The notes under the pieces were generated by a model. It was not told the origin of the DNA. It saw nothing but the letters and a program-made list of their open reading frames with translations, and searched no databases. The position numbers and the translations under genes were made by a program. This document shows positions 1 to 11,009 of a DNA stretch of 64,000 bases, one piece after another (within the stretch, counting starts at the first letter, position 1; every line of letters begins with the position of its first letter). Source of the DNA: Naegleria gruberi (taxonomy: Eukaryota). The DNA lies in the NCBI GenBank assembly GCA_000004985.1, contig GG738895.1; one strand, given 5' to 3'.

Positions 1-1
1 A

Positions 2-2551
2 ATTTCGATTCCTGTTGCAAGTGAAAGTGGAAAAGTAGAGTTCAAGTCAACCTTTCCAAAGAATACTTCAATTAGTGATGTAGTTCATGAACTTATTCAA
101 CATTCCACTTATTTTAATTTGGCCTCTGATTCTGAATTTAACAAGACAACAACTTCTTATCCATTCATGTATATTTACCATAATAGGAGAACTGCACCTG
201 ATGTGACCTTTGCATTTTTCAAGAATTTTCAAGAGAGCCAAAAGTTCGTCGTTGATTATGTGAATGAATTGTTGTGGAATTACATTTTAATTTCAGCACT
301 GGTCTATATTGGAATCTTTTCCGGATTTATCATCATGTCCAGAGTTGAAATGCAAAGAATTTCATTCATCCTAGCTCTATACAGAAAGCTGCCAAAAGAC
401 ATGATTGGTGTCATTTATCATGAAATTGATAAGAAGGGAGAAGATGTCAAGTATGAGAAGAGTAATATCTTTTTAAGACCAAAGGAATTTTCACTTGTTG
501 TTGCATTTTGCATTATTTTCATTATTGCCGCCTATTCTGGAATTATTTACTTTGAAATTTCAGAGAATGTTAGCACTTCTACTGATAATTTGACTACTGT
601 TAATCAATTATCAATTTTGATTAGAGCTGCCCACAGGTTGACCATTCGATTGGGTGAATTATTTGCCTACTTTGGATGTCCTACTGGAAGTCCAGTCAAT
701 ATTGTAGTTTCACCTAGCTATGTGGCTCAATATAGACAAGATGCAAGAGGTTTCGTCAGTTTAATTACATCCAGTTACAATGAAGTTGTTTATGGAAATA
801 ATAACAGTCAACCATTAATTGGAAGATTCTCCAAGATTGATAACATCATTAATGGACCATCCAATTGTACAGCTGATTCACCAGTTGAAGAATGTTCCAG
901 TTTACAAACCTTCATTTCAGCGTTTACAATTTCAAGTTCTCAAATGACTGAAGAATTTTTCAATCCAACTTATCAAAAATCTGATTCACTTTTTTATCAA
1001 GTTTTGAAAATTTACAATATGAATGATGTTCTTTATGAAAGATTAATGGATTTGATGAATTTATTGTTCATTTCCACTTCAGAATCATTCAAAGTTTTGA
1101 CTATTACCTTTTTTATCTTTGGAGTTATACTTTATTTATTGTTTAGTTCATTGTTATTGTATAGTTTCTTGATTTATGATAGACAGATCACTAATTTGAG
1201 ATCTTTCTTGAATTATTTACCTGTTGATTATATAGATTCAAGTGAAGCTATGAGAAATTTCATTTATTTCAACTCACTCACAATATTCAAAAAGAAAATT
1301 AAGGAAGCAAATGATGATTCATTGAGAAATGTGTTGAGTTCAATGGTAGATGGTGCTCTTCTTGTTAATGAAAAATCAGAAATTATGTTATTCAACTTGA
1401 CAGCTCAGAAAATGTTTGGAAAAGCTCCAGAAGAAGTTATTGGTTTGAAATTTTACAACTTGTTCGAACCAAGTCAAAGTGAAAAATTGACATCTGTGGT
1501 CAAACAAGTGAAATCATCGTTGACAGATCCAAACTCAAAACATGGTGAAACTTTGGAATTGGATTGTATCAGAAAGAATCAATCTAAATTTCCAGCCATT
1601 GTAAACATTTTTGCAACACGTGAAAGAGGAGTTGTCATTTATGCCTTCTTTATTAAGGACATTACATCAGAAAAGAAACAAAATGCATTATTGAACGAGG
1701 AAAAGAAGAATTCTGAAAATTTATTGAGAAACATCTTGCCAGATTCTGTTGCCTTCAAATTGAAAGCAGGTGAAACATTAATTGCTGACAAGTTTTCTGA
1801 TATCACCTGTTTCTTTTCAGATATGGTCGGTTTTACCAAGTTTAGTTCTGGAATGAATCCAAATGAATTGGTAATCATGTTGAATACAGTGGTTAACGGC
1901 TTTGATGATTTAACAGACAAGTATCAATTGGAGAAAATTAAAACAATTGGAGATGCATACTTTTGTGTAGGTGGATTGCACGGATTAAATGCTCAATCAG
2001 ATCACCCTGAAAGATGTGTTAAATTCGCAATTGACACTCTCCAAGTAATCAAAGATTACAACATTCAAAATCCACATGCACAAATCAATATTCGTGTTGG
2101 ATTGAATACTGGAAGTGTTGTTGCAGGTGTGATTGGAAGAAAGAAATTTGCCTATGATTTATGGGGTGATACCATTAATATTGCCTCAAGAATGGAATCA
2201 AATTCATTGTCAGGAAGAATTCAATTATCGAGATCAAGTTATGAAAGGGTTTATGATATTTTCGAATTTGAGGAACGTAAAATTGAAGTGAAAGGAAAAG
2301 GAATGACTCTTGCTTATTTATTGAAAGAAAAACATCATTGCAATCCAATCATTACCATTCAATCACATGATGATGAAGATGATGTGAATACTGATAATGA
2401 TGAAATTGAGGTAGAGAAGAAACCATCCATGCAAAACCTGACTGCTCACTCTCCAAATAGTGGCATTCCAAATATCACTAGAGAACACAGTTTGAATCAA
2501 CATGGCAACAATAGTACACCAAATGTTATGAGTGACACTATGGTATTCTAA
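2..2551 (+). CDS. Membrane-anchored class III adenylate/guanylate cyclase with PAS domain. The 5' end is truncated by the window edge: the frame is open from nt 2, and the track start at 119 is only a TTG.
   Basis: N-terminal hydrophobic segments and a PAS-like region (VDGALLVNEKSEIMLFNLTAQKMFGKAPEEVIG). Intact cyclase catalytic motifs: FSDMVGFTKF, KIKTIGDAYF, GLNTGSVVAGVIG, LWGDTINIASRMES. No stop codon between nt 2 and 2551. Confidence 0.85.
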   Translation: MSIPVASESGKVEFKSTFPKNTSISDVVHELIQHSTYFNLASDSEFNKTTTSYPFMYIYHNRRTAPDVTFAFFKNFQESQKFVVDYVNELLWNYILISALVYIGIFSGFIIMSRVEMQRISFILALYRKLPKDMIGVIYHEIDKKGEDVKYEKSNIFLRPKEFSLVVAFCIIFIIAAYSGIIYFEISENVSTSTDNLTTVNQLSILIRAAHRLTIRLGELFAYFGCPTGSPVNIVVSPSYVAQYRQDARGFVSLITSSYNEVVYGNNNSQPLIGRFSKIDNIINGPSNCTADSPVEECSSLQTFISAFTISSSQMTEEFFNPTYQKSDSLFYQVLKIYNMNDVLYERLMDLMNLLFISTSESFKVLTITFFIFGVILYLLFSSLLLYSFLIYDRQITNLRSFLNYLPVDYIDSSEAMRNFIYFNSLTIFKKKIKEANDDSLRNVLSSMVDGALLVNEKSEIMLFNLTAQKMFGKAPEEVIGLKFYNLFEPSQSEKLTSVVKQVKSSLTDPNSKHGETLELDCIRKNQSKFPAIVNIFATRERGVVIYAFFIKDITSEKKQNALLNEEKKNSENLLRNILPDSVAFKLKAGETLIADKFSDITCFFSDMVGFTKFSSGMNPNELVIMLNTVVNGFDDLTDKYQLEKIKTIGDAYFCVGGLHGLNAQSDHPERCVKFAIDTLQVIKDYNIQNPHAQINIRVGLNTGSVVAGVIGRKKFAYDLWGDTINIASRMESNSLSGRIQLSRSSYERVYDIFEFEERKIEVKGKGMTLAYLLKEKHHCNPIITIQSHDDEDDVNTDNDEIEVEKKPSMQNLTAHSPNSGIPNITREHSLNQHGNNSTPNVMSDTMVF

Positions 2552-2972
2552 TGAGCTGAATAAATAATGATCTTAATCTAAATACATAGGAAAATACCAA
2601 AAAAATATTTCAAAAATATTGGCAACAACCAGTCCCTCACAACGCTCTTGATTCCTTCTTGGAGTAGTTTCACATCTATTAACTCAAAGAATTTCACCAC
2701 ATCATCTCATAGTAATAATTTTTGGAATTTAATCCTTCGCCATGTGATTTGGAAATTATTTTATTGTTCTATTAGGAATAATTCAAATTGGTAAATAATC
2801 ATCCACAACCATCATGTGATAGTAGTATACATGGGTATTGTAAGACCATACTTCTCCGTCACTTCTCAAGTATATTTAATACAAGTTATGTTTTACAACA
2901 TGAAACATTGTATTTGGTGGTATGATGAAAATCTATTAATGATGGGATTGATAAACCAAAATACTTTTTTGG

Positions 2973-2991
2973 GGTTGTGAATTCCCAACCT
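2973..2991. promoter_or_regulatory. 19-nt near-palindromic element GGTTGTGAATTCCCAACCT, 62 nt upstream of the helicase ATG. An identical copy lies at 54900..54918.
   Basis: Exact 19-mer shared with 54900..54918. It is an inverted repeat of the half-site GGTTG(T/G)GAA. Confidence 0.6.
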
Positions 2992-3052
2992 TCCTTGCTT
3001 CTTTCTAATCACAACGAAGTTTCTAACGAAAAAAACCACACAGAAAAAAAAC

Positions 3053-6000
3053 ATGTCAACCCAAACAACAAAACCCTCCATTGTTCTCTTCATTAGGACC
3101 TCAAATTCATCAAAGAAGCAATCAATAATTTGTGATCATATTAGAAAGATGACTTTTGGCAAGCCCCATGAAGGTAATGCTCTATTAGTATTACAAGTTG
3201 GTTCAGAGCCAATTCTACTTGATGATCTTGTTATTAAATTGAAAGGATGGAAGATCGGACAACATGTTTCACAAGAACAACAACCTCCTCACTTTGTACA
3301 TACTAACAAGTTGCGAGATTGTTTGCAGTATTCGAAAGGTTCAACTCTTAAAAATTCTTCATGTACATTCAATGCATTGGATGTGAATGCATGCAATCAA
3401 CTTGAGAAAGGACAGCACTATGCTATTCGATTGAGTGATGTTAAATTGGCCTTTCTTCCACCTTCACTAGATTTTGATCAAGTGCAAGTTGAAATTTTCA
3501 AGAAGGATCAACTTGTTGGTGCAATTTCACATTCAAAACAAGAGGCCATCGACAGTCATATCGAAATGAGTGCAAAGAGTCTTGTTAGTAAATGGAAAAC
3601 AAAATCAAGATACGAACATTTGGATTTGATAGATGGAGTTGGAGCTGCAGATTTCATTGTAATTAATGTAGACGCTCTTATTTCAATGGCTTTAAAAAAG
3701 AGTAATGGATTGGATTGGAAAGAGCACGGTGGACAATGGTTGCATCTTGTATGGTTATGTGAAAAGATGCTCTCACTTCTAAAGTCCAGAAATGTGAATT
3801 TTGATCTAATTTGTTTTAAGAATTCAATTATTATGGATGGCAATTTCAGCTTTTTTGTTGCGAGAATGATAGTTTTCAATCATTTGAAAAAGTATTGTAC
3901 CTTTCCATGTTACTTGTTTGATTCATTATTATCAAAAGAGTGGGAGGAATATATCAGACAAGCCAATCCATCTGCAGTTATTTCAAGTGATTGCAATTAC
4001 ACAAATGCTTATTTGAATTTGATGTCTAATATTTCCTATATTGTAACAAATGTTGAAGAAGGTGCTAAATCTGTACTAGGTGATGTTTATTCAAGTGCTT
4101 ACCTATCATGGGTTAGGTCTGTAGAGCCAGAGCTAGACAATTTGTCAAAATTTTTACAAAATTCTTCAATTTCTAGCACTTTGAAGATTAGAGAATTTCA
4201 CCAATTAGAAAATGTTATGAAACAAGTTAATGAATTACAATTACATAGTAATTTTACAAGACTTGAGGTATTTTTAAGCTCTTTCCTATTATTTATTGAA
4301 AATTGTAAACAAGACAAAGTTATGGAAAGCTTGTTTTATGGTATTTCAATGATTTATTCAGTTGTCTTGTTGGATTACCTACCAATTGAAGCTAGACATT
4401 GTAATTTGAAAGAGACAATCAATGAATTGACACAATTCATGCAAGAGTTATACAAGTATTGCTCTATGGTACTATTTGAAATTGATAATTTCCAAGATAT
4501 TTCATGTGATTTATTGGATTGTAGATTGATTCATTGGCTGATTTTGAATTTCAAACCAAACAATCCATTTACACTAAATCAATGGATAGAGATTATATGT
4601 GAATTATCACCACAGCCTGTAAAAGATAGCTTGAATAAGATAGTACTATTGTTGAAAGAAAGAGTGTCATTCGATTTTGACTCTGACTTTGAATTTTCAT
4701 CTATTGTCAGCCCTTACATTAGAAATTATGCCTACGACTACAGTAATAGCAAAAACAGATGCACAGTATTAGAAGTTAAAAATAATTTCATTAACACATT
4801 CTGTAATTTACAATCTAGCTCAGTGATCCAAGAAGATTCCTTTAAAAAACCTTTATTTTATGATATTTATCACTTTCACTCCACAAGATTGATAACAGAC
4901 ACTGCAGAACATTTAGAAAGGAACAAGTATTCAACAGTTGACAAAACAAGAGAAAAGTTGAACGGAATGGTTGAATTATTTAAGAAAGTGAATAAGTGCA
5001 AAGAAATAGCAACTGAACAAGTACCAAAAGATTTAAAATTCACTGAGCATGTCAATGAAAAGAATATTATGAAAATAGTTTCTGAAAATTATGAAAAATC
5101 ACAGAAACCACTGAATGCCATTAAGGAAATTATTAGAAAACAAGAAAGTCTTGTTAAGAAAAAAGAAGACGAAGAAGAAACCTTTTCAATTTCAGAATTA
5201 GTATCAATTTCACTTACTATCCAGGAAAATATTCAACAATTTATACCTATTATGGGCAAATACAGTCCAAAGAATAACACCACAATGGTTTTTGGCAAGA
5301 AATTGTACATTCAATTATTAGATTCCTTCAAATATCAACTTCCAAAATCAAGAAAACCTATAGAATCTAAATTATTACAAAGAACAGTAGAGGGTCCCAC
5401 ATCTAAAATTTCATTGAACGAATTGGAAGAGCAAAAAGCCATGTACAGATTGTACCACGTTAATAGTTGGATAAGATTTATTTATTCATACTTGATGGAA
5501 CTAAACAGTCTATGTCTCTATTTCACTGAGAAGGAAATTGCCAAAGAATTGGAAAATCTTGCCACCTCTGCCAGAATGTTTGGATTTTGTCAAACGGCAC
5601 AATTAATTGAAAATGAAATTAGTCCAAAGAAAATTTCCAAACACGAGGAGGATATTATTGATCCAAATTATTTATTTTTATATCATTTTGAAAAAACAGC
5701 ACCAACAACACCTCCATTAGAAAGATTTACAAAGAAGAAACATAACCAAATTTTAAATGAACTAGTTCAAGAAAAGGTTCTTCTAATAGAGAAACTTAAA
5801 AAAGACTCCTCAACTAAATCTAGAGAAGAAATTTCACATGAAATCAAGAAAGTGAATGTAAATATCAAATTGAGAGAGAGTTTAACATTTACACCTGATG
5901 ATTGGCAAAATCAACTTATTTCTTATGTAAATAGAGATGAATCTGTGTTAGTCTCAGTGCCAACTTCAAATGGTAAAACATTTATTGTATTTTATTTGAT

Positions 6001-8797
6001 TGAAAAGGTGTTAAGAGAAAGTGAGAATGGTGTAGTATTATTTGTTGTGCCAAATAAGGCATTAGTCAATCAAGTTTATTGTGAAATCCAATCAAGATTG
6101 AAAAAGAATCAAAATAATATGGCCACAGCTGGTATGGCTACAGCAAATACAAGATTGGATGTATTTAATTCTCAATTACTTGTCATAGTACCTGCAATGT
6201 TGGAGATTTATTTAATGAGCTCAGCTCCAAAGGTTCTTGAGTGGAGAAAGAGAATTAAATATCTTGTCCTTGATGAAATACATTGTATAACAAGTGATGA
6301 TCAAGGTGAATACTATGAACATTGTATTCAATTATTAGATTGTCCTGTCATTGGATTATCTGCTACTTTGGGTAATTCTGAAAAATTTGCAAAATGGATG
6401 ACTCATGGATCGAGAGATAATGTACATTTAATTTATGAACCTGATTATAAAAGGTTCAATCCATTAGAATATCATAACTTTAATGGAACAGAAATTTCTC
6501 ATTCACATCCATGTGAATTATTTAATCCAAAATATCTAAATGAAAAGGAAATACAAAAATGTAGAATGATGACAATAGATGAATGTTTCCAATTAAAGAG
6601 AATGCTATTGGAAATAGATCAATCCGATGAGATGAAGGAAATAATCGAAACTCATGTTGGCTATCATTTATTGAATCGCAATAACCAATTGTCATGCATA
6701 ACTTGGAATGATCACATTCAGTACAAGCTTGGCTATAAACAATTAATGATCTACCTAGTGAATCATCCAACCAAACACAAAGTACTTTCCACTGTAGTGA
6801 GCTCATTACAAATGTCATACGCAGACGAAAATATTAAGCCAGTTGAATTTGTAGATGATATGATACACTTGATCATCAAAATGAAGAAGGAAAAGATGCT
6901 TCCCTCCATAGTATTCATTTTAGATAGGAGGATGATTGATCTTATGGTTAGAACCTTACTGCATAGAAATGTCTATTTATATGAAAATGAGGAAGATTGT
7001 CCGAGAGCTGATATTTTGAGACTAAATATTGATGATAATGATAGCGAAAAGACTATCAATAGGTATTATATTGATGCACTATCTCATGGAATTGGAGCTC
7101 ACTATGCTGGTATGAACGATGGCTATTTAATTGAAATTGAAAGACTCTTTAGAGAGAAGAAATTACCACTCATATTTACAACCTCCACTCTAGCTCTTGG
7201 TATTCATCTTCCTTGTAAAACAGTAGTTATGGCTGGAAGTTCCATTTATTTAACCAATTCACTTTTTAAACAATGTTGTGGAAGAGTTGGAAGAAGAGGA
7301 ATAGATCAGAAAGGTAAAGTTATTCTATATGGACTGAGTAAACCAAGAATTAGAAGATATTTACTGTCAGAACCTATTTCCATCAATGGAACAGTTGGCT
7401 TAAAACCAAGCTTCATTCTTAAAATGTTTACATCTCTTAATCAAGCTGAACAGGATTTAAAATCTGGTGAAAAAAATCCATTCCAAGATGCATTCCAAAG
7501 AGTATTAGAAAAACCATTATTTTCCATTAATGAAAATACAATGATTGCAACACAATCACAAATGTCATACTTTATCAGATTCCATACAGAATTTTTGAGA
7601 CAAGCAATGTTCCTTAATAAGAAATGTAATCCTCTTCAATTGAGTGGATTAATTGGACATCTCCATTATAGAGAACCTTTCAACTTTTTAATGGCACACT
7701 TTTTACAAACTCGAATTTTTGAAATGTTGGATATTAACAAGATTAGGGAACACGAATTTGATAAGATTATTTTAACCATTTTTACTTTGCTCTTTGCCAG
7801 ATATAGAGTTGGCAAACACATGTCGCAAAATACGTTGGACACTGACTTTACGAAAAACATGTCCAATATTTATAGGAAAATGATTGAGAAAAATGTTGAA
7901 TTCAATAATGAAACATTGGGAATTTATTCCAATTATGCTATTGCCTATTGTTTGAGTGAAAAATTGAAAGATGAAACCCTTCCACTTTCTGATTATTCAA
8001 CAATTATTTTAAAGGAATGTGAAAGTGAGTGCAAACTATTTACCGAATTGAAAAAGAGTCGATCTACAAATACTCACTCAATTTCTTCATTTTCTGCATT
8101 AAGTGGAAATGAAGATGGTAAATATCTAACAGAAGATCATTTCTTTTCCACTCTAAAGCATACAATTTCAATTAATAAGGCACACGTACCATTTACTAGT
8201 GCTTTGTCTGATGAAGACCATCCAATAAGTTGTTTCCTTTTGGATTACTATGGACATGGATCTTTGAAGATTCTCACAGAAGATCATCAATTTATCAACA
8301 TTGGTGCAAGCTCTAAACTTATCAGTGAAGCCATTAGAGATTTGAAGAAATTGAGAGCTAGTTTGATTAATGAAGAAATATTTTCATTTTCAATTTCAGA
8401 TTATGAACGAAAATTGGATAGTGGAGTTGTTTCTGAATGGTTAGTTAAGGAGTGTCCTTGGTTGAAGAATAATCCCAATTTAGAATTGATAACATTTGAA
8501 AAACTCTATAATTGGTTAACAAAAAACGTGCTAGAGATAGAGGTATCTGCACTGTTTCCTATTAGGGGAAATGGATTGAAGATGTTGAAAAGAAAAATTG
8601 AAAATAGATTTGCTCATCCAATTATTCAAAGTCTTGATAGAATCTTATCTAAACTTGAGGAAGGTGAAAGAAGAGAAAGACAACAATCTTTTAATGAAAG
8701 AAAAGAAATCAAACAAAAGAAACAATCATTGCGGAATGATTTGGATTCAGTTGAGAGTTTTAAGGGTATCAAGCATGCAAAATCAAATTTCATGTGA
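3053..8797 (+). CDS. Large DExH-box SF2 RNA helicase (Ski2-like or DDX60-like), 1914 aa, with a roughly 900-aa N-terminal region of unknown function.
   Basis: Helicase motif I PTSNGKT, motif II VLDEIHCI, motif V-VI region TSTLALGIHLPCKTVV and QCCGRVGRRG. Single uninterrupted ORF. Confidence 0.8.
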   Translation: MSTQTTKPSIVLFIRTSNSSKKQSIICDHIRKMTFGKPHEGNALLVLQVGSEPILLDDLVIKLKGWKIGQHVSQEQQPPHFVHTNKLRDCLQYSKGSTLKNSSCTFNALDVNACNQLEKGQHYAIRLSDVKLAFLPPSLDFDQVQVEIFKKDQLVGAISHSKQEAIDSHIEMSAKSLVSKWKTKSRYEHLDLIDGVGAADFIVINVDALISMALKKSNGLDWKEHGGQWLHLVWLCEKMLSLLKSRNVNFDLICFKNSIIMDGNFSFFVARMIVFNHLKKYCTFPCYLFDSLLSKEWEEYIRQANPSAVISSDCNYTNAYLNLMSNISYIVTNVEEGAKSVLGDVYSSAYLSWVRSVEPELDNLSKFLQNSSISSTLKIREFHQLENVMKQVNELQLHSNFTRLEVFLSSFLLFIENCKQDKVMESLFYGISMIYSVVLLDYLPIEARHCNLKETINELTQFMQELYKYCSMVLFEIDNFQDISCDLLDCRLIHWLILNFKPNNPFTLNQWIEIICELSPQPVKDSLNKIVLLLKERVSFDFDSDFEFSSIVSPYIRNYAYDYSNSKNRCTVLEVKNNFINTFCNLQSSSVIQEDSFKKPLFYDIYHFHSTRLITDTAEHLERNKYSTVDKTREKLNGMVELFKKVNKCKEIATEQVPKDLKFTEHVNEKNIMKIVSENYEKSQKPLNAIKEIIRKQESLVKKKEDEEETFSISELVSISLTIQENIQQFIPIMGKYSPKNNTTMVFGKKLYIQLLDSFKYQLPKSRKPIESKLLQRTVEGPTSKISLNELEEQKAMYRLYHVNSWIRFIYSYLMELNSLCLYFTEKEIAKELENLATSARMFGFCQTAQLIENEISPKKISKHEEDIIDPNYLFLYHFEKTAPTTPPLERFTKKKHNQILNELVQEKVLLIEKLKKDSSTKSREEISHEIKKVNVNIKLRESLTFTPDDWQNQLISYVNRDESVLVSVPTSNGKTFIVFYLIEKVLRESENGVVLFVVPNKALVNQVYCEIQSRLKKNQNNMATAGMATANTRLDVFNSQLLVIVPAMLEIYLMSSAPKVLEWRKRIKYLVLDEIHCITSDDQGEYYEHCIQLLDCPVIGLSATLGNSEKFAKWMTHGSRDNVHLIYEPDYKRFNPLEYHNFNGTEISHSHPCELFNPKYLNEKEIQKCRMMTIDECFQLKRMLLEIDQSDEMKEIIETHVGYHLLNRNNQLSCITWNDHIQYKLGYKQLMIYLVNHPTKHKVLSTVVSSLQMSYADENIKPVEFVDDMIHLIIKMKKEKMLPSIVFILDRRMIDLMVRTLLHRNVYLYENEEDCPRADILRLNIDDNDSEKTINRYYIDALSHGIGAHYAGMNDGYLIEIERLFREKKLPLIFTTSTLALGIHLPCKTVVMAGSSIYLTNSLFKQCCGRVGRRGIDQKGKVILYGLSKPRIRRYLLSEPISINGTVGLKPSFILKMFTSLNQAEQDLKSGEKNPFQDAFQRVLEKPLFSINENTMIATQSQMSYFIRFHTEFLRQAMFLNKKCNPLQLSGLIGHLHYREPFNFLMAHFLQTRIFEMLDINKIREHEFDKIILTIFTLLFARYRVGKHMSQNTLDTDFTKNMSNIYRKMIEKNVEFNNETLGIYSNYAIAYCLSEKLKDETLPLSDYSTIILKECESECKLFTELKKSRSTNTHSISSFSALSGNEDGKYLTEDHFFSTLKHTISINKAHVPFTSALSDEDHPISCFLLDYYGHGSLKILTEDHQFINIGASSKLISEAIRDLKKLRASLINEEIFSFSISDYERKLDSGVVSEWLVKECPWLKNNPNLELITFEKLYNWLTKNVLEIEVSALFPIRGNGLKMLKRKIENRFAHPIIQSLDRILSKLEEGERRERQQSFNERKEIKQKKQSLRNDLDSVESFKGIKHAKSNFM

Positions 8798-8899
8798 GAT
8801 CACTGCTTTCTCTATGTACTTTGATAATTCTTGATTTTTTAGTGAAATAATTGGAATTTGCCATGGTAGATACTTTAAAAAATTCAATAAATTACAATA

Positions 8900-10723
8900 T
8901 TATTTACTTCTTACACATCCCTGAAGGATTTGTGTTGCCAGTTCCTTTTCAGATGAAGAGTAAAAATCAGCCAAAATGATCTTAATGTCATTCTTCGAGT
9001 CTAGGTAAATAAAATCCTTCAACTTTTCAATCATTTTGAGTTTGGAACTACAAGTGATAAGGTCTACCATTGTGAAAATCTTGAGAAGATCCATTGCATT
9101 CATCTTTTGAATGTTTCCACTTGAAATCAAAAGATCAAGGAATTCCTTCTTACTGAACGAATATTTGAGAATTCCACTAATAGCTTCAATTTGAGGAATG
9201 GTTAACACTTCTGTTGAATTCCATACAATTCGTTGCAATTGTGATGATAAATTCCACTTATCTTTAGCTCCTTGATGCACTATCTCAGCAAACAGTGTAC
9301 TTGATCCTCCCACTTTTTTCACCATTGCATTGGTAAATGATCTAAGTTCCAAATAATTTTGAATATTTCCTTTCACCGCAAATGCTGTTATGACATAAGC
9401 AATTCTAAACATCCATTTTTGACCTGTGGATAGATCAGATGGTTTGAATCCAAAGACTTCTAATAAGTGGTTTCCAACAGCTACGAACGGCATCTTGGCA
9501 ACATTCCAACAGAGTTTCATGATTGAGTTTTTGGATTTTACAATCTTTTCTCTTTCCTCTTTAAATTTAGTAATTTTAGATTGAATGAAATTAACATCTT
9601 CTTCCTTTTGATTGAATGAAATGGTTGACTTGAGAATTTGTGAGTCTGCTCTCGTGATACCATACTTTCCAATGTCATCTCTCAATAATTGTAAAAATTC
9701 AAAACAATTTTGTAACTTTTGATCTCCAAAAAGTGGAATTTCACTACTATCAATGAATAGAATATTTCCAACAGAAGCAGATCCAATCTTGTAATTATAA
9801 ACAATTTCAGGTCTCTGAACAGTGAATTGATTTGAAATGTATTCACTAATTAGAGGATAGGTTGATGGAAATTGTGTCACGAAAAACTTGGAAAGAATGT
9901 TTGAATGAGTCTCCAAATCTGGAATTTTGAAAAACACAGTGGAAGAGAATGAATTTTGGTCAAAGGTTGGAACTGCCATCAAGGTAACTTCCTCAGATTG
10001 GAAAACATGAATTTCATCATCACTCATCAATGGATTCAACACATCAAATGGAATATTCAATCTCATGTAAGCATAATTTGATGGAGATTGAGAAACTGAC
10101 AAGCTTGAATTAAAACTACTCAATAATGATCTCAGAACGAAACTCTTTCTCTCACAATCAATAATCATTTGTGAGAGAATTTCTTCTTGATTTCCTTCCT
10201 TGGTGATATATTTGAGAGATGGCAATTTCTGGTCTTGACTATTCTTAATTTCCATTTGTTCGTCAAAGCATTCCAATCGCATTTCAACATTTGGACTTGT
10301 TTGTGAAAGAAAGTCCACAATTGCTCTCTTCAAATCGCTCACTTTAATCAAGGCCTTTCTTTCATTAATAGCTGATAATTCTCTCTTATTGTCCAACATG
10401 ATATTCACAGAATATCCCTTCAAATTCCTATAAGAAACCTTTCCTTTCAACAAGTGCCAATCAATTAACTTTCCCAAACTTGCAGTTCCCTCAACATCCA
10501 AAAACAACACATCATTACTATTTCCCGATTCAAATGATGAAGTCAATATAAACTTTTGCATTGGATATTCCCTTGCCAAAAACAAGGTAATTAAATGTGC
10601 AGTCAATGAACATTCACTTCTTCCTGCATTAATAATGATCGGATTCTCACACCCGATGTGTTTTCCATTTGATGATGATGATGATGAAGAACTCGAAGCA
10701 GCAGCAGTACTTGATACGGTCAT
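8900..10723 (-). CDS. Hypothetical protein of about 607 aa with an N-terminal poly-Ser tract.
   Basis: Long ORF. The first ATG is at 10723 (MTVSS...); the track start at 10735 is a TTG. No motif that I recognise with confidence. Confidence 0.6.
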   Translation of the reverse strand: MTVSSTAAASSSSSSSSSNGKHIGCENPIIINAGRSECSLTAHLITLFLAREYPMQKFILTSSFESGNSNDVLFLDVEGTASLGKLIDWHLLKGKVSYRNLKGYSVNIMLDNKRELSAINERKALIKVSDLKRAIVDFLSQTSPNVEMRLECFDEQMEIKNSQDQKLPSLKYITKEGNQEEILSQMIIDCERKSFVLRSLLSSFNSSLSVSQSPSNYAYMRLNIPFDVLNPLMSDDEIHVFQSEEVTLMAVPTFDQNSFSSTVFFKIPDLETHSNILSKFFVTQFPSTYPLISEYISNQFTVQRPEIVYNYKIGSASVGNILFIDSSEIPLFGDQKLQNCFEFLQLLRDDIGKYGITRADSQILKSTISFNQKEEDVNFIQSKITKFKEEREKIVKSKNSIMKLCWNVAKMPFVAVGNHLLEVFGFKPSDLSTGQKWMFRIAYVITAFAVKGNIQNYLELRSFTNAMVKKVGGSSTLFAEIVHQGAKDKWNLSSQLQRIVWNSTEVLTIPQIEAISGILKYSFSKKEFLDLLISSGNIQKMNAMDLLKIFTMVDLITCSSKLKMIEKLKDFIYLDSKNDIKIILADFYSSSEKELATQILQGCVRSK

Positions 10724-11009
10724 TTCTTCTCCCAATTTTAAAATATTATGAAATTTAATTATTTAATTATTTGATGATGAGAAATCTTTGTTTTTTTTTG
10801 TAAGTTTTGAAAAATTTTGTCTAAAAAAAGAATTTTTGTTCAGTAAAAGTTCTTCTTTCAGCCAATTGATTTGATATTTCAATCAAAATGATTCAAATCC
10901 AATACAAATCCAATAGATTGGATGGCTTTCACACTTTCCGTATGATCCTTTTACAATAGAATACACTTTTCAAAGTTCATCAATAATCGAACCATAAAAA
11001 CTGGAAAAA

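Noticed and set aside
1639-1920. Short antisense or overlapping ORFs from the track (e.g. 1639..1920-, 3556..3879-, 6522..6818-, 15998..16366+, 16023..16334-, 21710..22018-, 25953..26396-, 30123..30317-, 37449..37853-, 45176..45739+, 45463..45687-, 62834..63076+)
   Set aside because: They lie wholly inside longer, motif-supported genes on the opposite strand or in another frame. They have no start context or conserved motifs. They are the frequency expected for spurious ORFs in AT-rich sequence.
10660-10700. Trinucleotide runs (TCA/GAT repeats here; similar at 13360..13380, 16380..16520 and 19560..19870) as microsatellite features
   Set aside because: They are in-frame codon repeats that encode poly-Ser, poly-Asn and poly-Asp tracts within genes, not independent repeat elements.
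8900-10723. Assigning the 607-aa protein to phytochelatin synthase, or to a C78 or papain-like peptidase, because of its Cys-containing N-terminus
   Set aside because: It has no match to the PCS Cys/His/Asp contexts that are clearly present in the real PCS gene at 44235..45725. I cannot place it in any family from sequence alone.
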